Assembly (NCBI RefSeq): GCF_000270205.1
Contig: NC_015913.1
Span: 1,320,001-1,352,000 of the forward strand
DNA: 32,000 nt
Source: Candidatus Arthromitus sp. SFB-mouse-Japan
GTDB lineage: Bacteria > Bacillota > Clostridia > Clostridiales > Clostridiaceae
Reading direction: 5' to 3'
The notes below the pieces were generated by a model. The model was not told where the DNA came from. It searched no databases and saw only the letters and a list, made by a program, of their open reading frames with translations. Positions 27,963 through 32,000 of this stretch are shown one piece after another. Position numbers and translations under genes: made by a program. Within the stretch, counting starts at the first letter, position 1; each line of letters begins with the position of its first letter.

Positions 27963-29231
27963 TTGTTAATTAAAAATTTAAAACTCAAAGGAAAAAAAGA
28001 CGTTTATGACATAAGAATTAAGGATGGTATATTCCATGAAATCTCAAATAATTTAATACCTCTTAAAAATGAAGACATAATAGAAGGAAACTTTAATTTA
28101 GCACACCCTCCTTTTATAGAGCCACACATTCATTTAGATACTGTATTAACAGCTGGTGAACCTAGCTGGAATAAAAGTGGCACACTCTTTGAAGGGATAC
28201 AAGTATGGAATAAAAGGAAAACCTTCTTAACACATGAAGATATTAAAAATCGTGCAAAAAAAGCAATTAAATGGCAAATAGCAAACGGTATACAATTTGT
28301 TAGAACTCATGTTGATATTACAGATAAAAACTTAACTGCAATGAAAGCAATGATTGAGCTAAAAGAAGAACTTAAAGAATCTATAGAAATACAAATTGTC
28401 GCATTTCCACAAGAAGGAATTTTATCCTATCCTAATGGTTCTGAATTAATAGAAGAATCTTTAAAACTTGGAGCAGATGTTTTAGGCGGAATTCCACATT
28501 TTGAATTTACTAGAGAATATGGCGTTCAATCTATAGATTTAATTTTTTCCTTAGCTGAAAAATATAACAAACTTATAGATGTACATTGCGATGAAATTGA
28601 TGATGAGCAATCAAGATTTTTAGAAGTACTCGCAACTCGTGCATATGAAACTGGATTAAAAAATAAAGTTACTGCAAGTCACACAACTGCAATGGGTTCA
28701 TATAATGATGCCTACACCTATAAATTATTTAGAATCCTCAAGATGAGTGAAATCAATTTTGTGTGTAATCCACTTGTGAATATACATCTTCAAGGTAGAT
28801 TCGATACTTATCCTAAAAGAAGAGGTGTTACCCGAGTGAAAGAATTAAATAAATCTTCAATAAATGTTTGCTTTGGTCACGATGATATTTTCGATCCATG
28901 GTATCCCCTCGGATCTGGAAATATGCTGGAGGTTCTTCACATGGGATTACACGTTTGCCAAATGATGGGATATGATGACATAAATGATTCACTTAAATTT
29001 ATATCACATAATAGTTCTAAAACTCTGAACATACAAGATAGTTATGGAATAAAGGAAGGAAACCCTGGAAATTTAATAATACTTAATGGTAATAACGACT
29101 ACGACATCATTCAAAAAAGAAGCTCAGTACTATACTCAATACGAAATGGAAAAATAATTTCAAATACTATTCCTTCAAAAACATTTATTAATATAGATAA
29201 TAAATCAGAAGAAATAAACTTTAAAAAATAA
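27963..29231 (+). CDS. codA: cytosine deaminase
   Basis: [34 protein letters not shown]...[16 protein letters not shown] closely parallels E. coli CodA. The TTG start lies 2 nt after the codB stop, with AAGGA upstream. Confidence 0.9.
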   Translation: MLIKNLKLKGKKDVYDIRIKDGIFHEISNNLIPLKNEDIIEGNFNLAHPPFIEPHIHLDTVLTAGEPSWNKSGTLFEGIQVWNKRKTFLTHEDIKNRAKKAIKWQIANGIQFVRTHVDITDKNLTAMKAMIELKEELKESIEIQIVAFPQEGILSYPNGSELIEESLKLGADVLGGIPHFEFTREYGVQSIDLIFSLAEKYNKLIDVHCDEIDDEQSRFLEVLATRAYETGLKNKVTASHTTAMGSYNDAYTYKLFRILKMSEINFVCNPLVNIHLQGRFDTYPKRRGVTRVKELNKSSINVCFGHDDIFDPWYPLGSGNMLEVLHMGLHVCQMMGYDDINDSLKFISHNSSKTLNIQDSYGIKEGNPGNLIILNGNNDYDIIQKRSSVLYSIRNGKIISNTIPSKTFINIDNKSEEINFKK

Positions 29232-29262
29232 GAGGCGCAATAAGTGCATCTCTTTTATTTTT
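29231..29262 (+). terminator. intrinsic terminator after codA
   Basis: The stem AGAGGCGCA (29231-29239) / TGCATCTCT (29245-29253) has one mismatch and one G-U pair. It is followed by TTTTATTTTTATTT. Confidence 0.55.
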
Positions 29263-29302
29263 ATTTACACATAAAAGACCTCTAAGCTCCTTCTCAATCT
29301 AA

Positions 29303-29331
29303 TTGTAAACATTATCCTTTAATGATATAAT
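29303..29331 (+). promoter_or_regulatory. candidate sigma-A promoter of the GT2-helical-repeat gene
   Basis: TTGTAA (29303-29308), exactly 17 nt of spacer, then TATAAT (29326-29331). This lies 65 nt upstream of the ATG. Confidence 0.45.
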
Positions 29332-29396
29332 TTTATATCATTTGAAATAAATATAATAATAAATTTTTATAATTAAAATCTGAAAGGTGGTTAACT

Positions 29397-30803
29397 ATGA
29401 TAATCATAGATTCTATAATAAATAGTATCGATACGGATTATTTCAAGTTTAATTTAAATTTTCACAAATATGTACTTCACAAACTAAAGACAGATAATTT
29501 TCCAATTGATGAAAAATTTGAAAATAAATTAACCAAACGTATAAAACTTTTAAGCACAATAAATGGTACATGCCCTAGCATTTTAAAATTTTTCATAAAT
29601 GATGATTATATAAACTATAAAGATGACTTAACTAACGAGAACCTAATAGAATTAATAAATATTTTTTCTGATGATACACCAATAAAACTAAGTGTAAATC
29701 TAATCGTATTTAATGAAGAACGTTGTATTGAAAGATCCCTAAATGCTGTTTCCACTTTTGCTGATGAAATCCTAGTTTTAGATACAGGATCAACAGATAA
29801 TACGGTAAAAATAATTGAAGAAAAATTCCCAAATGTTAAATTATATAGAGACAAATGGAGAAAAGATTTTGCATATTCAAGAAACTTACTAATAGATAAA
29901 TCTACTAATGACTGGATCTTATCTATAGATGCAGATGAAACCCCAACAGATGAATTTTATCTCATAAAAGATGTAATTTCAATATTTAACAATTTTAATT
30001 CAAACGAGAAACATCCATTAGTATTTTCTCCTACAATAGATTCTCTTGGACAAAAAATAAATACCACAAAGAGAATATTTAATAAAAAACATGAAATGAA
30101 ATTTGATGGTAAAATTCATGAAGAAATCGTATCTAAAAATGAATCAGAAATCAATTATATCATGCTTAACTTAACACTTCTTCATGATGGATATCACCCA
30201 GAAATATTTAAAAACAAAAATAAGGCTGAAAGAAATACTGAAATACTCGAAAAGATGATAAAACTCGAACCTAATAAAATTAGATGGTATTATTTTCTCG
30301 GACGTGAAAAAAATATATTAGGACACGATATAGACGAATGTATAAAAATCTTAAAATCAGGATTAAAATTAAAACACACTCAAAATTCTATCGAAAACTT
30401 TTATTACAATATACTAACACTTTTAGCTAAAATAGCTGTATCACATAAGAAATATGATTTATTAAAAGAAGTCATAGATCTTATGGAATATGAAATACCA
30501 AACTCACTAGACAGCTTTTATTTTCAACTTATACTTGAGAATGATTCTGTAATGAGTGATAAATTTGATCAAATCAATTCAATGGTAAAATCTATAGGTG
30601 ATATCACAAATAAAGTTAATACAATAGATGGAAGTTATTCACATGTACTACACACTCTAGGGATTATATATCTAAGTTTCAGAGATTATACAAGAGCATT
30701 TTATTATTTCAATCAAATAACCTCACCTAAAAATATAGAAGCAATTAAATCTATTTTACTTCCTTTAAGAGCTCAAATAGATGATTTCCTAAAAAATAAA
30801 TAA
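29397..30803 (+). CDS. family 2 glycosyltransferase fused to a C-terminal TPR-like helical-repeat domain (SunS-like architecture)
   Basis: The SD AAAGGTGG precedes the ATG. The GT-A core is LSVNLIVFNEERCIERSLNAV...ILVLDTGSTDNT...KWRKDFAYSRN...SIDADE (about 29688-30200). It is followed by HDGYHPE...AERNTEILEKMIKLEPN..WYYFLGRE and about 200 aa of helical repeats. Confidence 0.8.
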   Translation: MIIIDSIINSIDTDYFKFNLNFHKYVLHKLKTDNFPIDEKFENKLTKRIKLLSTINGTCPSILKFFINDDYINYKDDLTNENLIELINIFSDDTPIKLSVNLIVFNEERCIERSLNAVSTFADEILVLDTGSTDNTVKIIEEKFPNVKLYRDKWRKDFAYSRNLLIDKSTNDWILSIDADETPTDEFYLIKDVISIFNNFNSNEKHPLVFSPTIDSLGQKINTTKRIFNKKHEMKFDGKIHEEIVSKNESEINYIMLNLTLLHDGYHPEIFKNKNKAERNTEILEKMIKLEPNKIRWYYFLGREKNILGHDIDECIKILKSGLKLKHTQNSIENFYYNILTLLAKIAVSHKKYDLLKEVIDLMEYEIPNSLDSFYFQLILENDSVMSDKFDQINSMVKSIGDITNKVNTIDGSYSHVLHTLGIIYLSFRDYTRAFYYFNQITSPKNIEAIKSILLPLRAQIDDFLKNK

Positions 30804-30836
30804 AAGTGAAGTTCATATGAACTTCACTTTATTTTC
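30803..30836. terminator. bidirectional intrinsic terminator between convergent genes
   Basis: A perfect 28-nt palindrome AAAGTGAAGTTCATATGAACTTCACTTT (30803-30830) is flanked by A/T runs on both sides. Confidence 0.85.
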
Positions 30837-30844
30837 ATTAAACA

Positions 30845-31207
30845 TTACTCAAATTTAATTCCTAATTTATCAGCCATCGATCTTACTTCATCAGTATCTA
30901 ACATTCTTGACACAACAGAAGCTCTAGCTTGACTTTGAGTTTCTCCAGACTGTATACCCTTCTCAATTTCAGCTGTCCAGAAAGTAACTCCTTCAGTCTC
31001 TCCAGCTCTATCTACTATAGCATACATAGCCTCAACAAACTTAGTGTTAGTCAAATTCTTCTCTAATAATTCAGGTGTAAATGAAAGTTGTCCTAAGAAT
31101 CCTTTTAAAGTTTCTTCCTTAGTAGCTAACTTATTTACCCAATACATTAAACCTTCTTTATCAGGCTCTCTATTAAAGAATGCTCTATATACTCTTGTAA
31201 CATATCC
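30845..31207 (-). other. shared C-terminal module, copy 4 (120 aa)
   Basis: Repeat 1 is YVTRVYRAFFNREPDKEGLMYWVNKL. Repeat 2 is FVEAMYAIVDRAGETEGVTFWTAEI. The module ends ...MADKLGIKFE*. Confidence 0.75.
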
Positions 31208-32000
31208 AGCAATACCTGTTTCACTTTGTGATTGAGTGCTTGTCTTAAATGTTGGAACAGATAAAGTTGTACTCTTATCTCCATATTTTAATGTTAATTT
31301 AAGATCTGTATATTCTGTATTAGATTTAAGATCTGATAACTCAATTACATTTTTCTCAACATTATAAGTAGCTTTGATCCCATTAACTCCAGTTCCTGAA
31401 ACTTCAACAGATATCATTTCCTTATCAGTATTTTTAATTGAAGCATTAACTACTGCTGTACTTGTAGTAACACCAGTTACACTAACATTTGAAGTTGAAA
31501 CTTCAACTTTTGTAGTTCCAGCTCTTCCAGTTGCATATCTAGTAATAGACTGTTGAGTTTTTGTTCCACTAGCTGGTATTGAACCAAACGAACCAACTTC
31601 CCCAGTTCTTATAGATGATACTCTATTTCCATTTTCTGTAGTTGAGAATTCAAATCTAAAGTCTTTAGATTTTCCTGCTTCAATTCCTGTTATAGTAATT
31701 TCAACCATTTCGGAAGCTGACTCAATTTTACTTTCACTTCCTTGTATAACAGTATTATCTCTACTCTCTAACAATGGATAGCTAAAATTATAGACTCCGG
31801 ATACGCTACCATTACCATTAACATCTAAACCTTTAACAACTCTGTAATTTGTTTCAAGCTTAACCTTTGAATCATCTATTTTCTCGTAGTTTCCACCATT
31901 ATTTACATAAACATTAACACCATTTATAATATCATCAGCATCCTTAATTCTTCCATAGAATTTTACCCCACCTGGAATTTGCTCATATTTAAGCTCTGAA
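30845..32000 (-). CDS. cysteine-free surface protein with the C-terminal tandem DUF4214-like module, 5'-truncated by the window edge
   Basis: The track begins this ORF at TTG 31774. I translated 31775-31999 in the same frame and found no stop and no start (...SELKYEQIPGGVKFYGRIKDADDIINGVNVYVNNGGNYEKIDDSKVKLETNYRVVKGLDVNGNGSVSGVYNFSYPLLESRDN...), so the gene runs off the right edge. It has an FN3-like unit (LSDLKSNTEYTDLKLTLKY) followed by the shared terminal module. Confidence 0.8.
   Translation of the reverse strand, partial: SELKYEQIPGGVKFYGRIKDADDIINGVNVYVNNGGNYEKIDDSKVKLETNYRVVKGLDVNGNGSVSGVYNFSYPLLESRDNTVIQGSESKIESASEMVEITITGIEAGKSKDFRFEFSTTENGNRVSSIRTGEVGSFGSIPASGTKTQQSITRYATGRAGTTKVEVSTSNVSVTGVTTSTAVVNASIKNTDKEMISVEVSGTGVNGIKATYNVEKNVIELSDLKSNTEYTDLKLTLKYGDKSTTLSVPTFKTSTQSQSETGIAGYVTRVYRAFFNREPDKEGLMYWVNKLATKEETLKGFLGQLSFTPELLEKNLTNTKFVEAMYAIVDRAGETEGVTFWTAEIEKGIQSGETQSQARASVVSRMLDTDEVRSMADKLGIKFE

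Noticed and set aside
29232-30844. A glycocin (glycosylated bacteriocin) cluster around the SunS-like GT2.
   Set aside because: There is no small Cys-containing precursor ORF in the flanking intergenic regions. The window also lacks a C39-peptidase ABC exporter, a thioredoxin/DsbA-like gene and an immunity gene.
596-31556. Short ORFs in the track lying antisense to or nested within longer genes: 596-796, 2010-2213, 2574-2756, 4305-4586, 10456-10641, 11847-12059, 12194-12400, 13618-13806, 17066-17278, 21759-21959, 23845-24033, 25363-25635, 26285-26482, 26748-26948, 29615-29854, 31044-31235 and 31374-31556.
   Set aside because: Each lies wholly or mostly inside a longer gene that has clear family motifs. 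They lack SD sequences and have low-complexity or hydrophobic translations typical of antisense frames in AT-rich DNA.
1-32000. Mobile elements, CRISPR arrays, rRNA/tRNA genes and defence-system genes.
   Set aside because: None seen. There are no transposase, integrase or Cas-like translations in any ORF, no regularly spaced direct repeats, and no GC-rich structured-RNA islands in this AT-rich sequence.

Overview
This is a visibly AT-rich chromosomal window from a low-GC Gram-positive organism (Bacillota, probably a Clostridia/Tissierellia-like anaerobe; no species call is possible from sequence alone). I support 26 protein-coding genes (2 cut by the window edges), 10 stand-alone intrinsic terminators, 2 sigma-A-type promoters and 1 RNA attenuator. 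I saw no rRNA, tRNA, CRISPR array, transposase, integrase or prophage genes.

Positions 1-13.9 kb look like housekeeping. They hold small envelope proteins, a rocF-exonuclease-gdhA operon, a DUF4358-like lipoprotein, uppP, pfkA and a TPR membrane protein. They also hold a murT-gatD (lipid II amidation) operon extended by an unknown membrane protein and a secreted phosphodiester glycosidase.

Positions 13.9-32 kb are an accessory cell-surface locus. It encodes four exported proteins with no cysteine outside one N-terminal anchor helix: 1062 aa, 719 aa, 374 aa and a fragment of more than 384 aa. They differ over most of their length, but each ends in the same 119-121 aa module (two tandem DUF4214-like repeats) preceded by an FN3-like beta-sandwich. 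Interleaved with them are a solitary dTDP-glucose 4,6-dehydratase, two family-2 glycosyltransferases (one with a SunS-like GT-A plus helical-repeat architecture) and an orphan acidic protein. None of the four proteins has an LPXTG, SLH, CWB2, LysM or choline-binding anchor that I can recognise. The shared terminal module is therefore my best candidate for an undescribed wall-anchoring or S-layer-type system with dedicated glycosylation.

A nucleobase-salvage cassette (ade, codB, codA) interrupts the locus. Its codBA unit is preceded by a clear PyrR-type binding loop, antiterminator and terminator leader.
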